A DNA stretch of 61,546 nucleotides from Actinomycetes bacterium (lineage in GTDB: Bacteria > Actinomycetota > Acidimicrobiia > Acidimicrobiales > JAJYXR01). Location of the stretch: contig JAJYXW010000040.1 in NCBI GenBank assembly GCA_021801525.1, forward strand, positions 1-61,546, written 5' to 3'. Made by a program: the position numbers and the translations under genes. Under the pieces are notes generated by a model. That model was not told the DNA's origin and did not search any database. It saw only the letters and a list, made by a program, of their open reading frames with translations. This document shows, piece after piece, positions 52,524 through 60,261 of the stretch. Each line of letters begins with the position of its first letter. The first letter of the stretch is position 1.

Positions 52524-53162
52524 ATGGCTGGGGGTGACCTCGATGACCTCTACGGAGGCGACGTAGAAGCGGAAGAAGAGCGCGAAGAAGAGGCAGAAGT
52601 GGCGCGGATCCGTTGGAGCATTCCTGAGATGGCGGTCGTTGTCGCGCTGGTGACAACTGGTGCGTTGGCCGTGAGCGGTGTGGTCGGCGGAGTGGCGGTC
52701 GCCCTGACCGTGAACCCCCTCGCCATGGGTCCGGGTTTCTCGATCACGGCGGACGCCATGACGGCAGCATCGTGGTGGGCCAGCTTCGTGCTGGCACTCG
52801 TGCTTCTCGGTGCCCTATGGGTATGCCTGCACGAGGTCGACGCCGGATCGGTGGCCCTGCCAGATGAGGGCACGGCAGGTGAGGGAACCGGTCAGGGCGT
52901 CCTCCAACCCGATCCCATGGAGCGGGTGCGGCGGGCCGCCTTGCTCTCGGCGTGGGTGCGGGCCGCGCTAGCTCTCATCGCGCTCGGAGCCGCGGCCTCG
53001 TTCGCTGGCACGGTCATCATGGAGACCGGCCCCGCGTCGCGAGGAGCGTCGTGGGTCGGCTTCATCCCAGGCCTCTCCAGCGACGTCGTGACCATCGCGC
53101 TCGGCGTCACGGGGATCATTGCCTGGAACCTCGTTGGCCGTCCCCCTGCGCGCGAGGCCTAG
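52524..53162 (+). CDS. membrane protein of unknown function (acidic N-terminus, about 4 TM)
   Basis: The ORF has hydrophobic segments (MAVVVALVTTGALAVSGVVGGVAVAL.., ..WWASFVLALVLLGALWV..). No recognisable family. Confidence 0.4.
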   Translation: MAGGDLDDLYGGDVEAEEEREEEAEVARIRWSIPEMAVVVALVTTGALAVSGVVGGVAVALTVNPLAMGPGFSITADAMTAASWWASFVLALVLLGALWVCLHEVDAGSVALPDEGTAGEGTGQGVLQPDPMERVRRAALLSAWVRAALALIALGAAASFAGTVIMETGPASRGASWVGFIPGLSSDVVTIALGVTGIIAWNLVGRPPAREA

Positions 53163-53181
53163 CTCCGCCCCGCCACACTGT

Positions 53182-54039
53182 CTAGGCCGCACCTGCACCT
53201 ATGGCGTGCCCGATGGACCACGTGACTGCCGCGGCGAGCACCGCTATGGCGAGCTGGCGGATCGCCGACCACACACGTGGTCGATCAGTGAAGAACGACA
53301 GCGCGAAGCCGATCACGAGGGCGGAGGCACCCCCGGCCGAGACCGACGCCACCGTCGCCGCCTCGCCTCCGGTGAAGAGCCAAGGCACCAGGGGCACCAG
53401 GGCGCCGACGGCAAATGTGACGAACGAGGAGGTTGCCGCCTGGAACGGTCGGCCCAGGGAGCCCGGGTCTATGCCGAGCTCCTCGCGGGCGTGCGTCTCG
53501 AGCGCCTTCTCCGGATCGCTCATCATCGCGTCGGCGAGCTTCCGGGCGAGGTCCGGGGCAAGCCCGCGCGCCTCGTAGATATGGACCAGCTCTCGCCGCT
53601 CGCCTTCGGGGCGGTGCCTTATCTCATGACGCTCCAGTGCGAGCTCGCGCTCGAGGAGCTCGCGCTGGGCTCGCATGGAGACGTACTCACCTGCCGCCAT
53701 CGAGAACGCGCCCCCGACAAGGCCGGCGAGCCCGGCGAGGCGCACCACGCCCTGCGCGGGATGAGCCCCGGCCATACCGAGGATCAGAGACACGTTAGTA
53801 ACCAGGCCGTCGCTCACGCCGAAGACGGCAGCCCGGGCCCACCCGCCTGTCAGGTTCCGGTGATGGTGGTCCGGGAGCGCCGTCTCACCGCCTGGGCGCT
53901 TGGCGGCCCCAGGAGCACCAGCGCGCCTGGCTCTGCGAGCCGCGTCCGCTCGCTCGGCGCGACTGCTTGCCGGGGCACGCGGCGAGGGCCTGCCAGCCGG
54001 CTTCCCCCCTTGCGGTCGTCGCCTCGGAGCGCTGCTCAT
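53182..54039 (-). CDS. VIT1/CCC1-family iron/manganese transporter
   Basis: ..AAVFGVSDGLVTNVSLILGMAGA..; ferritin-like linker ..RELLERELALERHEI..; C-terminal TM bundle. ATG at 54039. Confidence 0.75.
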   Translation of the reverse strand: MSSAPRRRPQGGKPAGRPSPRAPASSRAERADAARRARRAGAPGAAKRPGGETALPDHHHRNLTGGWARAAVFGVSDGLVTNVSLILGMAGAHPAQGVVRLAGLAGLVGGAFSMAAGEYVSMRAQRELLERELALERHEIRHRPEGERRELVHIYEARGLAPDLARKLADAMMSDPEKALETHAREELGIDPGSLGRPFQAATSSFVTFAVGALVPLVPWLFTGGEAATVASVSAGGASALVIGFALSFFTDRPRVWSAIRQLAIAVLAAAVTWSIGHAIGAGAA

Positions 54040-54097
54040 TGCTTGGAGCCTAGCTGGGCGCCCTGCCAGCCAGGCGAGTAGGTGCAACAATGGGCGG

Positions 54098-54448
54098 ATG
54101 GAACAGCGCCGCTGGCTGGACTCGAGCCAGCCCCAGACGTTGCAACTCGCCTCGTTGCTCCAGTACTTCAACGCGGCGATAGCCCTCCTCTTCGTGCTCA
54201 TCGGCGCCTATCCCGCGTGGTTCCTGCTGCTCGTGGCAGAGGGACCGGCAGCGTTCGGGATGGCCAACGACCGGAGGTGGGGCTACTACCTCGCTGTAGG
54301 AGCTTCAGTCCTTTACCTGCTGGTCAGCCTGGTTGCGATGCTGAGCGGACAGGGCGCGAGCATCCTGACGCTCATCTTCTCCGTCGCCCTGGTGGCGCTA
54401 CTGCTCCACCCGATGAGCCGCAGCTACCAGCGAATCTGGTACCACTGA
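54098..54448 (+). CDS. small membrane protein (3 TM), unknown function
   Basis: The ATG at 54098 gives MEQRRWLDSSQPQTLQLASLLQYFNAAIALLFVLIG... The upstream part of ORF 53900 overlaps the VIT gene on the opposite strand. Confidence 0.45.
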   Translation: MEQRRWLDSSQPQTLQLASLLQYFNAAIALLFVLIGAYPAWFLLLVAEGPAAFGMANDRRWGYYLAVGASVLYLLVSLVAMLSGQGASILTLIFSVALVALLLHPMSRSYQRIWYH

Positions 54449-54470
54449 TCCAGGGCATTCTCTAGCCAGC

Positions 54471-55715
54471 TCAAAGCGGCAGGTCCCCGGTGGCGGCACG
54501 AGTGGTCCCGCTTGCCCGCCAGGCTTCGATCGCAGCCTCTGCCACACGCCATTTGTGGACCTCGTCGGCGCCATCGGCGAAGCGGCTCCAGCGCGCTTGG
54601 AGGAGCATCTCCGAGAGCGGGGAGTCCCTGGAGTAGCCGAGCGCGCCATGCACCTGGACTGCGCGGTCGCAGATCCTCCACAGCGTGTTAGCCACATGGT
54701 GCTTGGCCATGGAGACCTCGGTCAGGAACGGTAAAGAAGCCTCGATACGGTACGCGGCGTGGAGCACCATCAGCTTCGCCTGGTAGAGCTCTATGGCCGA
54801 CTCGCTTATCAACCACTGGATACCCTGCTTGTCCGCCAGGTACGAGCCATGCGCGTACCGAGAGGTAGCCCGCTCGACCATCATGTCGAGCGCGGCCTCG
54901 GCTTGCCCGATCCAGCGCATGCAATGGGCCAGCCGCGCGGGTCCGAGCCGGTACTGCCCGAGCCGGTGCCCCTGGCCGCGTCCTCCGAGCAGCGCTTCCT
55001 CGGGCACCCTCACGCCCGACATGCGGATCTCGCAGTGGTTGTGGCTCCCAGACATCGTCTCCACGTCGCGGACTATCTCGAACCCTCCGGTCGGTATGTC
55101 GACCAGGAATGCCGAAGTAGCGGCCTGGGGGACGGGAGGCTCGTCCTCGGTACGCGCTATGACAATGGCGAACGACGCACCTCGCGCGCCGGAGACGAAC
55201 CACTTGTGGCCGTCGATAACCCAGTCGCTCCCGTCCCGGATCGCTCGCGACTGCATGAGGGTTGGATCCGACCCAGCGACCTCGGGCTCGGTCATGGCGA
55301 AGCACGATCTCGTGCTGCCCTCGGTGAGCGGACGAAGGTACCTCTCCTTCTGCTCTGCAGTTCCCCAGTGGAGGATCGTGTGCATGTTGCCCTCGTCGGG
55401 CGCGTAGCAGTTCACGACGTAGGGGCCCATCCGCGCCTTGGCCAGCTCAGCCGAAACCGCTGCAAGGGCTGTCGGCCCGAGCCCCATGCCGCCCCACTCC
55501 GCAGGCATGTGCGGCAGCCAGAGCCCCTGGTCGCGCGCTGATGCTCGTAGAGCCTGGAGCGTCGCCCGCCAGTCCGCACGCCCAGCCCCTTCAGCCGCCA
55601 GGCGCTGCTCCCCCGGCCTTACCTCCTCGTCCACGAAGGCCCGGACGCGTTGCCGGACATCCTCCACTTCCGGCGGGAAGCTGAAGTCGATGGCCATCGC
55701 CGGATCTTGCCACAC
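54471..55715 (-). CDS. acyl-CoA dehydrogenase
   Basis: ..CFAMTEPEVAGSD..; ..GHKWFVSG..; C-terminal ..QVHGALGYSRDSPL.. Confidence 0.85.
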   Translation of the reverse strand: MWQDPAMAIDFSFPPEVEDVRQRVRAFVDEEVRPGEQRLAAEGAGRADWRATLQALRASARDQGLWLPHMPAEWGGMGLGPTALAAVSAELAKARMGPYVVNCYAPDEGNMHTILHWGTAEQKERYLRPLTEGSTRSCFAMTEPEVAGSDPTLMQSRAIRDGSDWVIDGHKWFVSGARGASFAIVIARTEDEPPVPQAATSAFLVDIPTGGFEIVRDVETMSGSHNHCEIRMSGVRVPEEALLGGRGQGHRLGQYRLGPARLAHCMRWIGQAEAALDMMVERATSRYAHGSYLADKQGIQWLISESAIELYQAKLMVLHAAYRIEASLPFLTEVSMAKHHVANTLWRICDRAVQVHGALGYSRDSPLSEMLLQARWSRFADGADEVHKWRVAEAAIEAWRASGTTRAATGDLPL

Positions 55716-55777
55716 CGTGGCCTCCGGACCGAGACGACCGGCGCTAAGGCACGGAGCGGCTCTAACATCCCTCTCGT

Positions 55778-56413
55778 ATGTCCAGCCGAGGCCATCCCAT
55801 GTTCGCTCGGGCGTGGCCGCGCATAGCGTCGGCGGCAGAGCGAGCCGGCGCGTCCGAGCACCGCGACGAGGCGCTCCGTGGCCTCGCGGGAAGGGTCATC
55901 GAGCTCGGAGCAGGAGCAGGGACCAACTTCCGCCACTACCCCACGAGCGTCGACACAGTGCTCGCCGTGGAGCCCGAGCCCCACCTGCGCGAGCACGCTG
56001 TGGCTGCAGCCGGCCGAGCCCCGGTGAGGGTGGTAGTCGTCGCGGGCACTGCCGGAGCGCTCCCAGCCTCCGCCGGCAGCTTCGACGCTGCAGTGGTCTC
56101 GCTGGTCCTGTGCTCGGTCCCGGACCAGGCTGAAGCGCTCGCGGAGCTGCACAGGGTGCTGAGGCCCGGAGGCGAGCTGCGACTCTACGAGCACGTACGC
56201 GCCGAGAGCGCCGGCACGGCCCGGCTCCAGCGAGTTGTCGACGTCGTCTGGCCCCTCTTCGCTGCCGGTTGCCACACGTCGCGTGACACCGTCGGCGCGC
56301 TCTCTCCTGCCGGCTTCGACCTGGTGGCAGCCAGGCACTTCCGCTTCGAGCCGTGCGCGCTCGCAGCCCCGGTGGCGCCACATGTGATTGCCACGGCTCG
56401 ACGCAGGCCCTGA
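55778..56413 (+). CDS. class I SAM-dependent methyltransferase
   Basis: Motif I VIELGAGAGTNF; ..LRPGGELRLYEH.. Confidence 0.7.
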   Translation: MSSRGHPMFARAWPRIASAAERAGASEHRDEALRGLAGRVIELGAGAGTNFRHYPTSVDTVLAVEPEPHLREHAVAAAGRAPVRVVVVAGTAGALPASAGSFDAAVVSLVLCSVPDQAEALAELHRVLRPGGELRLYEHVRAESAGTARLQRVVDVVWPLFAAGCHTSRDTVGALSPAGFDLVAARHFRFEPCALAAPVAPHVIATARRRP

Positions 56414-56421
56414 GCCTTCAG

Positions 56422-56473
56422 AGGCCAGGCGGATAGGCCAGGCGGATAGGCCCACCGGACAGGCAAGCCTGCC
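56422..56473. repeat. 13-bp tandem repeat, about 3-4 copies (AGGCCAGGCGGAT; later copies degenerate)
   Basis: Read directly in the intergenic region before the merR-like gene. Confidence 0.8.
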
Positions 56474-56552
56474 TCGTCGCCTCCCATACGGCCATTCGCG
56501 ATCGGCAATCATCTGCTCGGACCGTTGGAGCAACTGCTCGTATAGTTGCGGT

Positions 56553-57383
56553 ATGGAGATGCGGGTAGGTCAGTTGGCCGAGCGGGCCGGTGTGAGTGTG
56601 GACACGGTCCGCTACTACCAAGCCCGGGGCCTGCTCGAGCCTCCCCGGCGTTCCGGAAGGGATGCCTGGTACGGAGCAGCTCATCTGGAGCGCATCGCCC
56701 AAGTGCGAGCCCTGCGGGCGCGGGGCATAACCCTCGCTGCGATCGCACGGATGACCAGTGGCGAGCTCGACGACGCCGACAAGGCCCTGGCAGGTGCCCT
56801 CGCGCTCCGCACGCTGCCGGAGGGCTCCGGAGAGCTCATCGATGTGGAGGAGCTCGCCCTGCGCACGGGTGTGGCCGTGCCCATCCTGGAGGCGCTCGCT
56901 GCGGAGGGTTTCCTCGTGCCTCGCCGCATAGGCACGAAGGAGGGCTACACCGCCGAGGACGTGGAACTGGCTCGTGCAGGGTTCAGGCTGCTTGGATGGG
57001 GCCTGCCGCTGCCCGAGCTCCTCGAGCTCGCCCGGGCGCACGACCACGCCACCAGGGACTTCGCGGAGAGAGCTGTGGCCCTCTTCGACGAATACGTACG
57101 CAAGGGAACGCGCGTCAACGCCGCCGGCCCAGAGGCGAGCGTGAACCTGGTCACCGCCTTCGAGGAGATCCTCCCCGCGACGATCGCACTCGTCACACAC
57201 CACTTCACGCGAGTCCTCCTCGAGACTGCAATGACCCACATGGAGCACGTCGGGAGCCCTGACGAGCTCGAGGCAGTCCGCCGCGCCGCTGCCGGGGAGC
57301 CGGCCGGAGGTGGCCTTGCACGGGACACCAGCGCCAGCCAGAGGCGTGCCGGAGAGCCGGCCAGGCAACGGAGCGGGCAGTGA
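56553..57383 (+). CDS. MerR-family transcriptional regulator with an extended C-terminal domain
   Basis: MEMRVGQLAERAGVSVDTVRYYQARGLL..HLERIAQVRALRARGITLAAI. Confidence 0.8.
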   Translation: MEMRVGQLAERAGVSVDTVRYYQARGLLEPPRRSGRDAWYGAAHLERIAQVRALRARGITLAAIARMTSGELDDADKALAGALALRTLPEGSGELIDVEELALRTGVAVPILEALAAEGFLVPRRIGTKEGYTAEDVELARAGFRLLGWGLPLPELLELARAHDHATRDFAERAVALFDEYVRKGTRVNAAGPEASVNLVTAFEEILPATIALVTHHFTRVLLETAMTHMEHVGSPDELEAVRRAAAGEPAGGGLARDTSASQRRAGEPARQRSGQ

Positions 57384-58159
57384 GCATATCCACTGGCCAG
57401 GACAGCAGGCCGGCCCGGACCGGCCTGCCTGCGGGCCAGGAGAAAGCGATGATGGTCGAGCACATGTTCGACTCGATATCGGGTCGATACGACCTCGTCA
57501 ACCGGCTGATCACCTTCGGTCTCGACATACGCTGGCGGCGCTCGTGCGTGTCGGCCCTCGGTCTGCCGGCAGGCTCGGTTGTGATCGACCTCGCCTGCGG
57601 CACCGGCGACTTCTGCCGCGTGCTCGCTCGCCGCGCAATGCGTCCGCTCGGAGTCGACTTCTCCGCAGGCATGCTCGCCGCCCACAAGTCCCCGGCGCCC
57701 CTGGTTCGCGCGGATGCGCTCACCCTGCCACTCCGGGACGCGAGCATGGACGGCGCCACCTCCGGGTTCGCTCTGCGGAACTTCTCCGACCTCGCGGCTG
57801 TCATCGGAGAGCTCGGAAGGGTCGTGCGCCCCGGGGGACGGATAGCGCTCCTCGAGGTGTCGACTCCAAGGTCCAAGCTTCTGCGACTGGGGCACTCGGT
57901 GTGGTTCAACCGCTGCGTACCCGTCATCGGATCTGCGCTCTCGAACGGCGACGCGTACCGGTACCTTCCGCGCTCCGTCGCGTACCTGCCTGGAGCACGC
58001 GAGCTTGCCGGTCTGGTACGCGACGCGGGCTTCTCCGGCGTGCAGCGCCGCGAGCTCGCCGGCGGCGTAGCCCAGATAATCACGGCCACCCGGTGCGGCA
58101 TCCCGCCCTCCGCCCATGCCAATGGCGCCGGAGCCGGTGCCAGCTTTCCCCAGCCATGA
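57380..58159 (+). CDS. menG: demethylmenaquinone methyltransferase (UbiE/MenG)
   Basis: ..MFDSISGRYDLVNRLITFGLDIRWRR..VIDLACGTGDF..FALRNF... GTGA overlap with the merR-like gene. Confidence 0.85.
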   Translation: MSISTGQDSRPARTGLPAGQEKAMMVEHMFDSISGRYDLVNRLITFGLDIRWRRSCVSALGLPAGSVVIDLACGTGDFCRVLARRAMRPLGVDFSAGMLAAHKSPAPLVRADALTLPLRDASMDGATSGFALRNFSDLAAVIGELGRVVRPGGRIALLEVSTPRSKLLRLGHSVWFNRCVPVIGSALSNGDAYRYLPRSVAYLPGARELAGLVRDAGFSGVQRRELAGGVAQIITATRCGIPPSAHANGAGAGASFPQP

Positions 58160-59526
58160 AGAGCGCCCTCACAGACCGGGGACTGCGTGCTGTTTGCGTC
58201 CAGCTTCCTCCGGGGCGCCCGCTCGATCCGGCAAGACTCGCCCTCGGGGAGAGCCGGGCTGTCGGAGCTCTGTTCGCGAGCTCATGGCGCACGTTGGCGG
58301 GTATAGGCAGCGTTCTCGACATACCACTGCACGAGGGGCTCGAAGGCGAAGCCCGAGCCCCACACGTGCTTGCCACGCTCGAGGCGATACCGTGCACCGG
58401 TGACCTTTCCGTGCCCGGGAGCGGGCCGGTAGCCCTGGGTGCCATTCCATTCGATAGGAGAGCGCCTACCCGTTTGACGGTGCCCGAGGTCATCTACGGC
58501 TCCGAACCGGGCGGCACCGAATGGGTGACCTTCGTAGGCGACGGACGCCTACCGGTCCCAAGGGACGAGCTGCGCGACCACCTCGCGGCGCTCGCAGCCA
58601 GCTCCCCTCGGAGCGAGCTGTCCCCGGTGCCGGTGGTCCGCGAGCTTCGCCTCGACGTAGACGATCGTGACCTGGGCCGGCGCGTGGCGCATGCACTCTC
58701 CTCGATAGCGGCCGGCCATTTGCAGAAGGTGGTGCTGGCAAGGTCGCTGCAGATCGTGCTCGAGGCACCCGTGGACCCCTACGCAGTTCACTGCAGGCTG
58801 GCAGGGGTCGAGCCGACTGCCATGCAGTTCGCTTTCGTGTCGGGTAAATCCTCCTTCCTCGGCGCCAGCCCCGAGCTGCTGGTCCGGCTGGAGCGGGGTG
58901 CCGTGACGTCGGAGCCTCTGGCCGGCACCGTGCGCCTGTCCGGGGATCGGGCCGGGGACGCCGCAGCGCTCGAAGCTCTACAGCGCTCGGCCAAGGAGGC
59001 CCACGAGCACAGACTCGTAGTCGACGCTGTTGCAGACGCACTTCGCGAGCATTGCTCGTCGGTGCTGGTACCGAGCAGAGCGCGTACGGTGCGCCTTCGC
59101 GATCTCGCGCATCTCGCCACTCGGATCGAAGGCACGCTCCGGGCCGATGCGGGTACGGGCGTCCTCTCCCTCGCGGCAGCCCTGCATCCCACCCCGGCCG
59201 TCGCGGGCAGCCCGAGGCAGGCCGCGCTGGCGCTGATCGAGGCCATAGAGCCCGATGGAAGGGGCCTCTACGCGGGGCCTGTCGGCTGGATGGACTCCAG
59301 GGGCGACGGTGAAATGGCCGTCGCTATCCGTTCACTCAGCGTCTCTTCGAACCGTGTCCGGGCGCTGGCGGGAGCGGGGGTCGTGGCAGGCTCCGACCCC
59401 ACTTCCGAGGCTAGGGAGACCGCCGTGAAGCTGGCCACCGCTCTGGCTGGCTTGGGCCTATCGAGCTCCTTCGCGCTCGACCCGCCTCACGGCGAGAGCG
59501 ATCGCCTCGGGGGCGTCGCGAGTTAG
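58156..59526 (+). CDS. menF: isochorismate synthase
   Basis: ATGA overlap with menG. ..GASPELLV..; ..KEAHEHRLVVDAV..; ..LHPTPAVAG.P..; ..GLYAGPVGW..GDGEMAVAIRS.. Confidence 0.8.
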   Translation: MKSALTDRGLRAVCVQLPPGRPLDPARLALGESRAVGALFASSWRTLAGIGSVLDIPLHEGLEGEARAPHVLATLEAIPCTGDLSVPGSGPVALGAIPFDRRAPTRLTVPEVIYGSEPGGTEWVTFVGDGRLPVPRDELRDHLAALAASSPRSELSPVPVVRELRLDVDDRDLGRRVAHALSSIAAGHLQKVVLARSLQIVLEAPVDPYAVHCRLAGVEPTAMQFAFVSGKSSFLGASPELLVRLERGAVTSEPLAGTVRLSGDRAGDAAALEALQRSAKEAHEHRLVVDAVADALREHCSSVLVPSRARTVRLRDLAHLATRIEGTLRADAGTGVLSLAAALHPTPAVAGSPRQAALALIEAIEPDGRGLYAGPVGWMDSRGDGEMAVAIRSLSVSSNRVRALAGAGVVAGSDPTSEARETAVKLATALAGLGLSSSFALDPPHGESDRLGGVAS

Positions 59527-60261
59527 CAGGTGCCCAGCCCTCGGCAGCGTGACAAGCCTGGCCCCCGGGATGGCATCCGCAACGGCTGCTGCCGACCAGG
59601 GCCGGACCACCAGGTCCCAAGTGCCCGACAAGACCTCGGTCGGCACCCTCACCGCTGCAAGCGACTCCTCGACGGCACGGATCTCGTCCAGGAGGAAACG
59701 CTGCTCGGCCACGAAGCTCCTCCAGACCCTGCGCCCGGCGGCCGCGGCAACCTCACGGTAGCGCTCGTCGGGGAGGGTCGCCGACAGCCATTCTCCAAGG
59801 GGAGCCGGAGCGCGGGCACCTGCCCGCCTGAGCGGCGGCAGCAGGACCCCGAAACTGCTGAGCGCCCCCATCGCCATGACCTCGCCCGCCCCCCGAAGGG
59901 CAACCAGGCGGTCGGGCACGCCGAGCGCCCTTGCCACGCCGACAGGCGCCACGAGGACCAGGCCCCTCACAGAGGAGGGATATGTGGCCGCCAGTAGTGA
60001 GGCGATCCCCGCGCCGAAGCTGTGGCCCACCACCACCGCGGGTGCCAATGCGCGCTCCTCGACGAAGGCGGCGAATCGCCGTGCAGCTTCTGCAATCCCG
60101 ATCGCCTCTTCACCTGATGCGCCATATCCGGGGCGATCAGGGGCTATTACCAGGTGGTCGCGCTCGAGCAATCCCGCTAGCTCGCTGAAGTCCGAACCCA
60201 GTCCGGGCTGGCCGTGAAGTGCTAGGACCGCAGGCCCAGCGCCACACTCAAGGGCGTGCAT
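59458..60261 (-). CDS. alpha/beta-fold hydrolase (MenH-like by context, tentative)
   Basis: ..LALHGQPG..; nucleophile elbow VGHSFGAG; convergent with menF. Confidence 0.65.
   Translation of the reverse strand: MHALECGAGPAVLALHGQPGLGSDFSELAGLLERDHLVIAPDRPGYGASGEEAIGIAEAARRFAAFVEERALAPAVVVGHSFGAGIASLLAATYPSSVRGLVLVAPVGVARALGVPDRLVALRGAGEVMAMGALSSFGVLLPPLRRAGARAPAPLGEWLSATLPDERYREVAAAAGRRVWRSFVAEQRFLLDEIRAVEESLAAVRVPTEVLSGTWDLVVRPWSAAAVADAIPGARLVTLPRAGHLLTRDAPEAIALAVRRVEREGAR

Noticed and set aside
52524-54448. Possible novel membrane system formed by the 212-aa membrane protein, the VIT transporter and the 116-aa membrane protein.
   Set aside because: The genes are on alternating strands with no coupling. 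There are no shared motifs or repeats, and nothing beyond adjacency supports a functional link.
57310-59526. 738-aa ORF taken as a long MenF.
   Set aside because: The first 282 codons overlap menG in another frame and look non-protein-like. The ATG at 58156 gives an ATGA overlap with menG and a normal-length isochorismate synthase.
109-60000. Many long ORFs antisense to, or out of frame with, the called genes. Examples: 109..816(-), 221..1156(-), 8911..10470(-), 10254..11471(+), 22083..23699(+), 23494..25188(+), 28067..29341(+), 29668..31143(+), 31427..32575(-), 44474..45715(+), 47961..49073(+), 53119..54081(+), 56418..57368(-), 56945..58117(-).
   Set aside because: Their translations are Arg/Pro/Gly/Ala-rich low-complexity strings, typical of stop-poor alternative frames in high-GC DNA. 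Each overlaps a frame that carries clear family motifs.
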